A stretch of 64,000 bases of DNA. It comes from Spironucleus salmonicida. Its lineage: Eukaryota. Below are positions 35,513-48,840 of this stretch, one piece after another; the stretch's first letter is position 1, and each line of letters begins with the position of its first letter. The stretch is from the NCBI RefSeq assembly GCF_000497125.1, contig NC_090599.1, forward strand, positions 620,001-684,000, in the 5' to 3' direction. The notes beneath the pieces were generated by a model. That model searched no databases. It was not told the origin of the DNA and worked only from the letters and a program-made list of their open reading frames with translations. The position numbers and the translations under genes are program-made.

Positions 35513-36730
35513 TCACTATTGATATGTCCGGCTTAATTTCAGCCCAAATAGCTCCTTGTCGCTCTCCATGACGCGTTGGTGCAGTTGCGCGTTCTCGTAC
35601 CGCAGCTTCTCCACGAGCATGCTCTGATTCGCAATCTGCTCGTTCTGCAGCGCGTAATCCCGCTCCTTTTTATCGATTAGCATATTTGCTTATTGTAGCT
35701 GGTTTCGTGTTTCCTGAATCTAATTTTGGAGTGGTAAAACCGCTTCATTTTCGAAGTTTTGGAGCACTTTTTGGATGTCCGCGCGAGCCGCCTGGACACG
35801 CAAACTGCGCAGTTTTGGGGTGTCTGTTTCGGGGAATTCGGCGCTCAGGACAATCTGCAGGAGCTGGGAGGTGAAGGGGCAGCTGGTTTAGGCCCCTGAG
35901 GCCTAAAAACTGTTATTTTATCGGGTTGAGGAGCTGTTAAAATTCCTGGTTTGAATTTCAAATTAATTTTCGTTTTTCATTCCACTCATATAATTTTCCC
36001 TTCCACTTTCATAATTTTTCATTCCAAATTCTCCACCCATACTCGCCCTCTACAACATGCCTTCAATTTCGGTCATTTTGAGCTTGCTGACGAGCTTTTC
36101 CTCGACGTGCGCTGTCTGGATCTCCTGAATCCGTGCCTACAGGCCCGCGACCTCCTCCTTCGCGCGCTGAATTTCGTCAAATTTTGAAGCTATTTTGACC
36201 GTTTCGCGCCGGTCCTTGAAGGACTGCGTTCTGAAGGTGTTTTCGAGCTCCTGGATGTTCTCTTGGCTCGCCGCGTTCTGTTTCTTGAGCTGTACCTCCT
36301 GCTGCTTGACGACGTTCTTAAGGTTCTTGATTTCCGCGTTCATATCCTCCAGTTCAACGTGCTGCATTATAAGGTCTTCGTAGATAGCCTCATTTTGTGC
36401 AGTTTTCCGCGGGGCCTTCAGCCGTGACGACGCGCGCGACGTTTTCTAACCAGTGAGCACGTCCGAGAAGGCCGCAATTACACAGAATATCTCCTTGCGG
36501 TAGAGCTATGCTGAGTGCGGGACGAGGTCAGCGATCTCCTGCAGCACGCGCTAGATCTGCTGAATTTTCGTCTTCTCCTTCGCCTGCAGTTTTGGCAGCT
36601 TCGCAAGCTGCGTGGACATGGCGAGGGCGCGTTCGATGCGCAGCACGATGGCTGGGTCCGAAATGTTCTTCATCTGGGTCGCCAGGTTGAGGTTTTTGAG
36701 TGAGTCGTGCGCGAAGTGGAACTGCTGCAT
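35513..36730 (-). CDS. Coiled-coil protein, 405 aa
   Basis: AAAATG start, in frame with track ORF 36137-36367, ends TAG TGA. Confidence 0.75.
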
Positions 36731-36791
36731 TTTTTAATTTTTTGAAGCGGAATTTCCTATTAGCTATTATTATACAATAATATGTCGTTTT

Positions 36792-38948
36792 TCACTTCTT
36801 TTTAGCTTTGGGATCCACAACCTCAACAATCTGCACTTGCAGCCCCATATCCATCACTTTTCTGCCCCTGTCGGTCTGCACGCACTTCTAATCCCTATTT
36901 TCGACCACATCCTTGTAGTACTTGATGCTCCCGTTCACCAAACCGCTCAAATTGTCCAGTTTCCTCGCGAAATCCGTAACTTCGAGCTGGATGCAGCTAG
37001 CGAGCCCGCTAACGGCCGTCGTGTAATTCGTGCTCTCGACCTGAAGCGCCTGCGCCATCGCGTTCGTCTTGAAGCTCGTGAGGGCCATATTCATCGGATT
37101 TTGCGAGGTCGATTTTATGGTCTGATTTTCGAACGAAACGTTCTAAAACTGCTTCCTGAGCTCTAAATAGCTGTAAACGAGCCCATTTCGGACCGCCGCC
37201 AAATCGATGCTTTGTTATATCAGTTGCTATTTTTCAAATTGGCCCTAAACGACGATATTCTGGAGCTTCTGGATCGTGAAATCGCGTTTGCTGATCTGGA
37301 AATGGAGCTCGCGGCAGTGCTTTAGCAGAAAATTCATTTTCTCCAGAACGTCGATAAAGCCCTGCCCGTCGCTCTGGAACTTTTCGCGGTTTCCGGCGTT
37401 CAAATTCTGCTGAATTTCAAGTATGTGCTCGGAAATCGAAAATGTCAATTTCGCGAATTCTGCGCTCTAAAACTTCGCCTCCTCGAACGCCACGCGCGCG
37501 AAATCTTCACTCGCGTGCAGCGTCGAATTTTGAGCCGAAATTTCGATGTTTTCGCCGTTCCATTCGATATTATTTTATTTAAAATAAGTCATTATTGCTT
37601 GGTCCGGATCAAGTTTACGGTCTTTTAAATATTATATGATTTAAGTGGTCATTTCGTTCAATTTTTTTACGGTTTCGTTCCTTTTTTCGAGTATTTTTTG
37701 GAGCTCAGAAACGCTGATATTGGCTTTTCCGGCTTAAAATTTCGCGTTTACGGCGTTTTCGGCCGAAATTGCGACCTAATTGACCAGAAAATCGATTTTT
37801 CTGGCGAGTTGATTTGGCAGCAAATCGACTTGAATTTGCCCATTTAAGGCGCAGTTTGCGAGTTTCTGGACCATTTCGTCCGATAATTGAATTTCACTTT
37901 AATTGTCGATTTCCACTCCGAACTGCATGACTTTCTCAACTGCTTCTTTTTGGATTTGAAGCTCATTTTGAAGGCCGCAAACGAGCGTTCTGAGCGTCTC
38001 GTTGTCGCACGCCTCGCGCTTTAAAAGCGAGTTGTTGTTGAAGCGCTGCTCTCTGACGAGCAGCGACGCCGTGCGGTCCCGGAGCTCAATCAGCGCCTTG
38101 CAGGCCTGCACACCGGAGCCTTTGAACTCTTGCTGGTAGACTTGGACCGGATTGTGCGATTCTGTGACGTTTTTGGACTCGGAAATTGCAATTTCAGTTA
38201 GCGATTGCTCGTGCGTCTCCGAATTGATCGTCTGTGCCTTCTGCTTCATGTTCTCGGAGATCGCCTGGCGCATCAGAAAGTTCTGCGACTTGAGCGTCTG
38301 GAGCTCGGCGAGCAGCAGCTGGAAGGAGATCGTTTTTGCGGGTTTTTCTACTCCGTCGATAATGATGACCTCGTTTTTCATCGTTTCCAGCGCACTCTGT
38401 GTGATCGTTTCTAGTGCATCGGGGAGCTACGGGGAGGGGTAGCCTAGTTCCGTCGCCAGCAGCTGCGAGTCCTGGACCTGCTTCTCGATTCGGTTAATTT
38501 GGGCTATCAGTTGGTCCGCGTCGAAGTTCCCAAACTGTTCACCAACGATTTCTAGCTGCTTCTCAGCGTACTTCTACTTCGCCTGGGAGAGCGTCTGTGT
38601 GGTGTCCAGCTGCTGGATCTCGGCCTGCAGCTGATTTTGCGCGTTCTGGGATACCTGAGCCATCTCCCTGAAGAACTCGCCCGCCTCGAGCGCCTGAATG
38701 GTGTCCTGGTCTGCCATTCTGGACTGAAGGGAGGTTTCATCGTAGACGCGCTAGTCCAGGCGGTCCTTGATCTGCGTCAGGATTTGAGCGTGTTTCTGGA
38801 AATTCAAGCTATGGTCTGAGTAGGTTGTGGGCATCAGGTTTGGCAACGTTTGCATAGGCCCACGAATGCGTTGCTGGTAGAGAGGTGAGGATTTGTTGAG
38901 CGTATTTTAATGCAGCATGGTGCGTTGGGACTTGGTCAGGGTTTGCAT
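36792..38948 (-). CDS. Long coiled-coil protein, 718 aa
   Basis: Three track ORFs (36888, 37245, 37899) share this frame. Ends AAG TGA. Confidence 0.75.
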
Positions 38949-39140
38949 TTTAGAAAAAATTGCGGAAGGTTGTTGTTAATTAATGTTATGAAAAATATTA
39001 TATGATAAAAATACCATAATGTTAGTTTTATAATAATAGGTATTATATATAAATTAATGAGATTTTATAAACTTAGGGCTTGCTTGAATAATATATTAGA
39101 TATTATATTGATAATATGATATATTGTATTCCTAAAATTT

Positions 39141-39911
39141 ATGGATATTGATATGGATGAACCATAGATGGATGAGTCACGGCCTTCCATCACACAAAAT
39201 ATGCCTGTACAATCAAAAATTTAATAACTAGTATTTAATGAACCTCAATCGCCTGAAATTGAAACATTAAACCTACAACCTTAAACATCTTCTTAACCCC
39301 CTATTTTCTTCGATCCTAATGCTAATAAAAAGACAAAGCATTCTTTATTTAACAAAAACAATAATGTTGAACCACTTAAGCCAACAAATTCATTCATTAC
39401 ACCGAACATAAATTCATAAGACCCTATTGACTCAACAATAACTTATACTGCACCGAAATCTTCGACAAAATATTATCATGAAGATGATAATATAAATTAT
39501 GATGATAAATTTCCCATAACCTCTGATAAAATGAGCAAATTTGTATCCACGGTTGTTATCATATCATCGGCATGTTTAGCTATAGGATTCTTTATTCCAA
39601 TTTTTGCAGTCCCAATCACTTATAGTTTATTTTGGACTGCATTTTTCTTTGTCTCAATTCATGTATCAGTGATTATTGCCTCTTGTAAAGCCAAGCATTT
39701 TTATCACTGGTGCCATAAAAACTGTAGAGTATTAATAAGGCGATAATACTTATTATTTATCTAAGCAATATGCATATAGTTATACCCATTTTACTTTTAG
39801 ACAAATATTATTGGGATGGTTGTTGGTAGTGCCTTAATTTTACTAGGAGCATTTTTTACAGCTTTAGGACTAATAGGCCTGGTAGTTGGTGCCATTAAAA
39901 ATCGTGTATGA
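39141..39911 (+). CDS. Membrane protein with low-complexity N-half and C-terminal TM helices, 256 aa
   Basis: In frame with track ORF 39531 and carries several hydrophobic segments. Stop lies in TGAGTGA. Confidence 0.75.
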
Positions 39912-39926
39912 GTGAAAATAGCATTA

Positions 39927-40682
39927 TCACTTTTATCCAGGTTTTTTAAACCGCTTTTTAAGTACTTTAGGAGCTTTAACCTCATCTTTGTTGATCTCAT
40001 TAATTTATGGTTCTTTTATCTCTTTTATTTCTTTATTATCTGCAGGTTTCGTGATTTCTGGAATAGTTATTGATTTTGGTTTTAATGGCTATAAAGATGT
40101 GGTAGTTTCTGGTATTTTATCATTCAGTTGTTGTTTGTCCACACTATCATGACTCATACTAGCTATACTTTCCTTATTTTCATTACTTAATAGAATACTG
40201 TCTTGCAGTAATTTCTATGTTATTTTGAGTTAATTTTCGCTATCTTCGGCTTAGATTTGCAAACGCAAAATAACCTGCTTCATACCAGTAATTTAATCAT
40301 TTAATTTATTATTTTCATACGTTTTAGTTTTTAAGTTTTACGAAATTTCTATCTTTTCCTAGTCTTCAAATATGATTTATATACCTTGATTTTCTTATTT
40401 TTACTAAATCAATATAGTTTATGTTGTTTAATCAAGCCTAGCTATTTTTGGTGGAGGTTAGGTATTAATTTAGATAGGTTATTATGATGCTAATTATCGC
40501 TTTAAGTCATTAACAATATGTTCAAATTCAACTTTTTGTGTAATAATTTTTTCCTAAAGTAATTATGTATTATCAGGTTATTTTTGTAGTGATATCGTAG
40601 AAGTATTTGCTAACTAAATTTGTAGTGTATCAAGTTACTTTAATAGCAAAATATTCTAAATACGCAGATCATCAATTGACAT
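39927..40682 (-). CDS. Hypothetical coiled-coil protein, 251 aa
   Basis: TGA-free frame checked. Ends AAG TGA. Confidence 0.7.
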
Positions 40683-40794
40683 TTTGTGTATTTTATATAA
40701 TAAGATATAATAATACCATACTCAATATGTATATATTTGTCTATTTTTAGTTATACTTTATTATTAAATATTAGGCTATTTTGTAAAAATAAAA

Positions 40795-41757
40795 ATGCGC
40801 TAAACTAAAAAGCCTCCAGTTTTAAACTCTGTACCTAATATAATGCTCCACTATCAGAAAGATCCGTTTCTATGTGTTAGTAAAATCTAAGAATTCTTAG
40901 AAAGTAACCCTCAAGAAACAGTTTACAAATATGACCAATTTGATAAATTCTTATTAAACTTTGGAAAATCAGTACAATAAGATCCATTAACATCTGAAGC
41001 TATAGAAATACTCTAGAAGAAGCGTGAGGCAGCATAATAAATTAGAACAGCAAAAATTAAAATTTTGAGGCCAATATCAAGTTTATAAACCAACGTTAAT
41101 ATTAATTTAGAGCCTTAAAAACCAAAAGGAATTAAAAGTGCAAATAATATAGTGATGGTGCCATATATAGATAATAACAAGGTAGTAACCAGAGAGACTA
41201 TTCCTTTATAGGTTTCTAAAAATTTAGAGTTAAATACACCAGTTTAATAAAATATTGTATCTAGTACTTAAAGAAAACCTATAACCTTTTAAGAATAGAA
41301 CAATATATTCCATAGCTTCTAAAACTAAACTAAGCATAAAAAGTTATATTTTTCAGAATTTGATCTTGTTTTGCCAGTATAAAAATTGGAAACCGAACCT
41401 ATACAACAACATTCTGCTATCTCAGATGATTTTGATGAAGAAAGCTCTCATAATCCGGAGGTGAAAGAAAATTTTAATAAAATAAGCGAGCTTTTTGCCT
41501 AAAAATATTCGAAAGAAACCATTAGTAATTCCCCAAAACCATCTGAACATGATGATTTTGATTCTTCTGATTCATTTAGAGAAGAATAACTTTCAATTTT
41601 AGATAAACTAGAAGCTATGAAGCACGAAGTTGATGCATCTGAATTTGAAATTTAGTCAGCTTTTGATGATATAAATGTTAAAATTGATATTTAGTCAGAT
41701 TAGAACGACGAGTTTGGAAGTTTTGACTTTGGAGAAATTGGAGATATTTAGTTTTGA
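40795..41757 (+). CDS. Hypothetical protein with acidic C-terminus, 320 aa
   Basis: AAAATG start, ends DEFGSFDFGEIGDIQF. Confidence 0.7.
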
Positions 41758-42313
41758 TCTCGAGTGAATTTGTAAAGATAATAATATTTTTATTTCTACT
41801 GAATAATGATCACATGTTAACTTCTTTATGCTAATTCGGATTAATTAATTAGTTCATAAAGTGGAATTGCATACAGTTATTTTATTATAAATTATTATTT
41901 GAGAATATATTTAAATATTTGATTAATTAAATTGATATTCCTAAGTGCTTATCTCAATAAATTGGTTAGTATAAACTAAATAAAGATAACATCCTTGTAT
42001 TACCATATATATAAAGGTTAACCAAGAGTTTATATTTTTATAATTTAAAAATTTAGTTTATGTAAATTAAAAAAATAAGATCATTCTATGCTTTAAGTCA
42101 TAAATCATAATACTATGATAAATTTAGGCTAATATTAAAACGGAGAAGCAAATATATTATTGTGTAATCCAGATTCTCAAATTATCAATTATAACTAGTG
42201 CCATTATAAAAATTTAACCTGAATATAGACATGAATTTAATTGATTGTATATACAAACATGGTGTAAATATATACTAGAAAGTATTACCTTATTCAATGA
42301 CAGTCAATGTATG

Positions 42314-42472
42314 TCATACTCCATTGGAAAAATCACATTCTCGTAATGATCGACCTGTCTTCTTAAGCTAATCAGATAAATAATCAGGACTTAAAATTTC
42401 GTCTAATGAAGTTTTAGTTTCAGAAAAACAATGGCTTCTAATTGTTTGTAATTAAATAGCTGCGCATCCCAT
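42314..42472 (-). CDS. Microprotein with MGC dual-acylation start, 52 aa
   Basis: AAAAATG GGA TGC start: MGCAAIQLQTIRSHCFSE... Confidence 0.55.
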
Positions 42473-43605
42473 TTTTAGAAGAAAACTTTAATTATTAAAA
42501 AGTATTATATATCTATAATATGTTTTTAAATAGATAAGTTATATAAAGATAAATTTGTATTTTAATAGGAATTCAGTAATGAAAATTAATATTATTGAGA
42601 TAAAGCGGATTCATTAAAAAACCCATAAAATAGGTATATTTTATGAAAAATCTATTTGTCATAAGTCTTAGAGTATAAGTTATGATTATAAAAAGTTAGC
42701 AATACATATCTTAATTTTACCTCTTCAGATGAAATTTAAAATTATATAATAATAGTATACTATTTGTATATTAATTCTATTGATTTTTCTTTGAACATAA
42801 GAATAAAAATAACGTCTAATTATTTATATGTTTAAAACGAAAAGAAATATTGACTGAGAGATTTAGAGTTTATCAAAAATCAAAATAAACAGATCTACGA
42901 AAAATTTATTTTGAACCATGGCTATGTATGTTCCTATTTCTTAATATGGTTATGTTCATTATCTGGAAACCCCTGTATTTATATCGTATAAGAAATAAGA
43001 ATTTAATCAAGCTAACCGATAATATTGATAAATTTTAAATTATAAAAATGTTTTCTGCCTATATATCAATAATAAATCATTAGCTGATTTATATATAATG
43101 TAACTAGTTATTAAGGCTATACGAATGATGAAAAAGAATTTCATTAATTTTTAGTTATAAAATTAGTATTATTTATCCAAATAACTAAAATACATTAAAT
43201 ATCCATTATTTCATAGTATATAATCTTAAAAGCTTAAAAATGCATCTTCATATTCATTTATAATTTTTCCTACTTTACATCATAGTCTTATCCAAATACC
43301 ACAAAAATTACAGACACTGTTTTAATTTTTATTTAAATCAAAACTTCAGTTAAAATTCTAATTGTTATTTCAAAGGATTCTAATACAAATAAAATAACCT
43401 GTCAAATTTGTAAGATCACATTGGTATTCCACCACCGATCATCTTCCATAAAATTTATAAATATTATACTCTCCATAGCATAAAACCAGCCTAACCACCC
43501 TGATCCATAATCCAAACATCTTCATCTATCACCTTCCAATTTCCAAAAAGTAACCTATTTTATATAATAATGACATTAATCTCAATTTTTCATTCCGCCT
43601 AAATC

Positions 43606-44169
43606 ATGCCTGAGCTCAACCTCACAGTGCCTCTAGTACAGTCGCTTACAGAGCTCAAAAAGTCGCTTCTGCAGGTATCTCAGAAGTAGCTGCTTCCGAG
43701 GTCGCTGGTTTTGGCGCTGAAGAAGCAGTTCGAGCGCAATTTGCTTACTGACGCCGAGTTCGTCGAGGTGGAGCAGAAGCATCTGGACGTCATCAGTGCC
43801 GTACTATCGCATTCTGGATACATCACACAGGCGTAGGCCGAGCAGTCATAGCGCGCTATCCAATGCATCTTCGATAAGTGCGAGTCGTTCGAATTGGAGA
43901 AATCACAGGTGGAGCTCTCCATGTCGCAGGGCATCTCGCTCTTCTCCAACAACTCTAACTTCTATGACAACCAAATCGAGCACCTGAAGCTCGACCTGGA
44001 GGGCAAGAACGCGGAAATCGTGGCCCTGGAAGCGGAAATTCGCGACTTCAAGACAAGAAAAACAGGATCCAGGGCGCTGGTGTAGTAGCAGAGTTCTAGC
44101 GCTTCTGTGGGAGAAATCAGTGTGTATCCAGCATCAGATCCGCTGCATTTTCAAGGCAAAATGATGTGA
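43606..44169 (+). CDS. Hypothetical coiled-coil protein, 187 aa
   Basis: GC-rich ORF in AT-rich flanks, in frame with track ORF 43894, with a C-rich upstream region. Confidence 0.7.
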
Positions 44170-44619
44170 GCAGTTAAGTTACAGTTTTGGACGGTGCAAA
44201 AATCGGCATGATTTCAGGTCTTCGTGCGCGGCTTGGTTTTGTTTCGTGGGTGTAATGTGCATTTTGCCATTATGATAAATTATCTGAGTATTGCTGAGAA
44301 GTGCGAATATACTTGAGTTGTAGAAATGTAAAATTTCAATAAATATAAATTATATAGTATAAATAGTGGAATTTTTGTTTGTCGTAAGATACACCCTAAA
44401 ATTGTATAGAAAAGGTTATGCTTGGTAATAAAAATAATAGGGTATTGGGAGTTAGTGATAAAACTGGATATTACTCATAATAAGAATTCTAAATTTGGTA
44501 TAGTTTAGCATTTAGTTAGGTGATAAATTAAATATTAGCGAAATTGATCGTACTTACAGTGTTAATAAAAATAATCAATATCAATGAAACCGTTAGAAAA
44601 TATCAGTGATTGAAAATAC

Positions 44620-44853
44620 TCAAATGGCCATTTAATTTATAAAGTCCTCTACTTTTATCATATGTTGCCCTATTTTTTAAAGTTTTGTTTATAGTAATTA
44701 TAGTTAAGAAGTACCTAGCAGGATATCCATTTCAAGCTTATCCATGAACCTTTAACTTCCTATTGGAAAACTAGTGCTTCTTTATATGGATCTTGGCGAT
44801 GTCTGCTTAGCTAGGCAGTTATTATCTGATTAGTGGAGCCTTGAACTCTTCAT
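44620..44853 (-). CDS. Small coiled-coil protein, 'DKLExDILxGT' family member 3, 77 aa
   Basis: SPRSIQRSTSF...FMDKLEMDILLGTSQLQLLQTKLQK. Confidence 0.7.
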
Positions 44854-45320
44854 TATTAATTTTTAAATTATTACTACAAGTATTTACTAACGTTTATTTA
44901 TCATTAAATATAACCAACAATAAAATACAACAGTTTTTTGTAACTCAACATGTAGGTAGTATTTATCTATATTTGATTGTATATATATTTTTAAAACTTA
45001 TAAAAATTGATGATACTAATTATATGTGGAATTATATAAGAATGGTCGAATTTTTATATATTTTATTTTATAGGGAATCACGATAAATTATATCCCGTAA
45101 CACTTAAATAATAAGGGTATTGAGTATGTATTTTAATCAATATTCAGTTTTAAATAAATTTCGCTTAAAAGACTTGATTTACAATATATTTATGTTTATA
45201 CAATAATTTTTCTTGGGCAAAGCTTTCTGACTTAGTTTTATGTTCGACACACTCTCATCATGCTTATTATTGTTAGTATGAAAAATATAATATAGTTTTG
45301 TGCTTTTGATCATCTAGTGA

Positions 45321-45693
45321 TTACTACTTCGACTGCAGCGGAACGTTCCCTTGCGCTGGTCCCGTGGGCGTGTGCCAGCGCTGCCGCTTTACCAATAGCG
45401 AGCGGCGCGGCAGCGCGACGTCCGAGGAGTACTAAACATACAGACTGCAATTTGCAGATTTCGTGGAGCTGCGGCGGCCGCTGGGCCTGGGGGCGGTTCT
45501 GGAGCTGCTGGAGTACCGAGAGATGCGCTGCATCGTGGAGGAGATGCTACGGCAGGATATCGGCGGGGAGACACTGGAGGCGCTGTACGACGACATCAAT
45601 ATCTAGCTGTTCGGGCGCGACGGGAACGACGACAGCAGCGAGGCGTACTTTGACAGCGAGGAGGAGGAAGAGGGGGATGACGTAAGGACATGA
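45321..45693 (+). pseudogene. 5'-truncated fragment of the CHY/RING gene
   Basis: Matches 57851-58223. An in-frame TGA lies at 45307, with no start codon between it and the fragment. Confidence 0.75.
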
Positions 45694-46835
45694 AACAACT
45701 CACTCGGCGAAAAATTCGATGCTGGGCTAGCTCACCAGCCACTCTAGGGGCGCTTCGTCGCCGAAGCTTGACAGGTCACAGTAGGAGTCGGTCCGCGACA
45801 GTTTACCCATTTCTGAGAACGGGATAGTTTGTTTAGTATACTATGCGGGCGATCGGTAAATCAGAGTATACAGTTTTTCGCTAATAGTGGGATATTGGTA
45901 TATATACGCAAGTATTTTTTTGTAATACACAATTTTACGGTTTTCTACTAACGAAGATTACAATACCACCTGGTTAAAATAAAATATATAACTAGTGGAG
46001 GGATTTGGAAACTTAGTGAGTTTAGTAATATCGAATATTATTTTTATGCCCGCGTTGTCTAGGATTCTGGTACTCGGATCTTTAGGTTTGCAAACATAAT
46101 GCATCGTATACTGATAATTCTCGATATTACCTTTTTTAAACCGTTCCGCTTGAGCAGAAAATCGGTATTATATCTGGCGATATACTTTATCAAAATTTAG
46201 TACAGGTTCAACTTGCTGGAAAGTGTGGTTTAAAATGTCTCTGGCCGCGCGTGTGCTGAGAGTAGAGGCTTAGCGGCGTATGTGTTGCCGGACGAAACCT
46301 TCCCGTTCCATCCGCCCTCCTGCTTGGACGCGGTTCCCTACACCCGGAACCACTAGGCTCCCGCCGCGCTGCCACGTCTGGCCTTTTGCTGTTCTCAGAC
46401 CTATTCAGCAGTGCCACGAGCACGACACCTCCAAGTGGGTTTTTTGCTAGGCTCTAATAGGCAGGTGCATGATTCGTCTGCGCTTCCCTATAGACGCCCA
46501 GCGCTACTACTGCTACAGCCCTTTAAAAGCAGCATCCCACCACAGTAATGAACGTAATCACTCCACTTCCTTTTCTAGGCAAAGCATCTCCAGCGGGGCC
46601 GCGTTGCACCCCGATCCTGTTAGGGATATGGGCTCTATCGCGTAGGAGTCGGTTCTGGGGCACCTGATCTTTACCGCCTGCCTATCCATTTTGAGATAGA
46701 ATTTGGATTCTATTTATATACATAGTAGAGATAAAACTTTAGAAACCAACAAATAGGTATTGGGATAGTCTCACGGTTAAAGTTAGTTTATCTCTTAGCC
46801 GAACGGGAAGCTCGCCCAGAATACGCAAATATCAC

Positions 46836-47102
46836 TCAATAGGCTACGTCCTGGAAACTGAAGCCGCAGAGGTCGTACCATGGGTCATCTCCCACGATCG
46901 ACACGCCTGAGCACACCGGAGTCGTCTCTGCGTGCTTCCTGCTGATCGTGTTATTCAGCTCCCCTAGCAGATCAGCCGCCTTGCACTGGATCTTCTCCAC
47001 GAAGTAGCGGTCCCGCTCTGGGATAGCATATGTCGCAGTCGCGCCCTTGAGCTTGAACAGGTCGGGATAGGTGGAATAGTACCTAAGTTTGCGCGCTTTC
47101 AT
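46836..47102 (-). CDS. Small 'MKARKL' family protein, 88 aa
   Basis: Track ORF. Identical copy at 56442 and a diverged paralog at 52530. Confidence 0.75.
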   Translation of the reverse strand: MKARKLRYYSTYPDLFKLKGATATYAIPERDRYFVEKIQCKAADLLGELNNTISRKHAETTPVCSGVSIVGDDPWYDLCGFSFQDVAY

Positions 47103-47757
47103 TTTGTAAAAGGAAAAGAGTGCTGTGCTTATAACTTATATCCTTAAGTATTAGGGTGCGATAATTCAAAATCGCGGGTGGTCAAGTATGCGGGACTGAA
47201 AAGTGGAATGGTAATCTCAGAACAAACTAACTTAAATATTTGACTAAACTAAGCCATATATTATATAAGGTCTAAATATTAACAATTAAATTCTGTGTTA
47301 AACGTAATTGACCTCAGATTAGTAAAAACTTATTTTTTTAACATTTTATGTAATATTATCAGCAAATAATATACCTACATGGATATATTAAATTTATAAT
47401 TATAAATTTATAGTATTTAAATATAAGGTAACAATATTAATACTAGTGTAATTAATCCCCGTTAATTAGTTTTAGAATAATTATATAATTACATAAACGC
47501 TGTAAAGTTTCTCATTTAATCAAAACAACGAATAAGTTATGGATATCTTATAGTCTTTTTTCCTAATTTTTGAAAAAATTATATAAAATACTTTGAATAT
47601 TTTTTGAATAATTATTCATATTATATTTATATTTGTAATATTGTTTTCTAAAGTATACTCTATTAGTGAGTAAATAAACAAGCAGATAAATATATGTAAA
47701 AAATATACATTTGTTTAATAATAAAATAATCTAGATTCCTTCAAGCTAATTATCTAT

Positions 47758-48063
47758 TCAAAATTCTAAATAGTGATACATCAGAAACTCTTAAGATGAT
47801 TCGGATGCTTCTTCCTACATCACCTATTTTTAAAGTAAATTAAATTTTGACTTACGCTTAAGATAAGAGTAGGTTTATATCTATTCCTTGAATCCTTCAT
47901 CAGTTTTGAGAAGTAAATAATACATATTCTTTACTCCTGAAGGGGAAACATTTGGAAATACTTCTTTGCAGATATACTTCCAATTTAACCCTTACTCAAG
48001 TATCGCCGCCTTTAATTTCTCTTCATCTTCATGCGACCACATGTGAAGTTTTCGTTTCATCAT
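47758..48063 (-). CDS. Small Myb/SANT protein, 101 aa
   Basis: MMKRKLHMWSHEDEEKLKAAILEQGLNWKYICKEVFPNVSPSGVKNMYY. Confidence 0.85.
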
Positions 48064-48497
48064 TTATAATGTTTTCTTGAAACATTTATTAGTTAATATT
48101 ATGTTATTATCAAAGTTTGTTTACGGATAAACCTTAAACCTCAATATCATCTTACCTATATATAAATAATACATTCTGGAGTGGTGAATCTTAAAAAATA
48201 TTTTAAGTAGTGTTATTTGATTATATTATGATTAGATTGTAATTGTCTGAGTTTAATAGAATAATTACATAATAATAAAATCAGTCTTTTATAAAGAATA
48301 AGTTAACTTATGCTAATATTAACAAATATATCCCTATATATCAAAATTAATATTCTAACGTAAAGACTATATACTAATGTATAATTAGAGATAACTAATA
48401 ATTGGTTCAAAAAAATTAAAAAAGTTTGTTGGTCTTTAGAATCTTAAACCAACATATTAAGAGACTTAATACAATTAATATATTTGAATATATATCT

Positions 48498-48755
48498 TCA
48501 CTTCTTTACAGCGGCATTCAAAATTTCGACCTTTTTATGAATTTCCGCAAGGTCCTTCTTCATCAATTCTGCGTCTACTGCAAATTTGTCCTGGGAGTCT
48601 CTCGCGCTTTTCACGTCAATTTTGAGCTGATCGAGCAGCTTTTACTGCAGAAGGTCTTGATCATCTAACATAGCTTAAACATCGAAATCTGGCATTTCTA
48701 CGGCATCCTCGGCTCTCTGCAACTCCTTCTCGACATCTTTGGCAATCTTTTTCAT
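48498..48755 (-). CDS. KxDL-motif small coiled-coil protein (KXD1-like), 85 aa
   Basis: DVQAMLDDQ...ELMKKDLAEIHKKVEILNAAV. Ends AAG TGA. Confidence 0.6.
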
Positions 48756-48840
48756 ATTTTAGTTTTTAACAACTTTAATATTTATTTTCATATAATAATC
48801 ATATTTACAAATTTTTATTCCACTCCACAACTATCCAAAA

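Larger units (their letters stand above)
45321..47212. repeat. Inverted repeat IR2, left arm (pairs with 56332-58223)
   Basis: Reverse complement over about 1.89 kb with scattered substitutions. Coordinate sum is 103544. Confidence 0.95.

Noticed and set aside
46235-46860. Long TGA-free plus-strand frame in the IR2 left arm, and a 43-codon ORF at 56855-56986
   Set aside because: No recognisable motifs or clear codon bias, and the long frame overlaps other ORFs. I cannot support a coding call.
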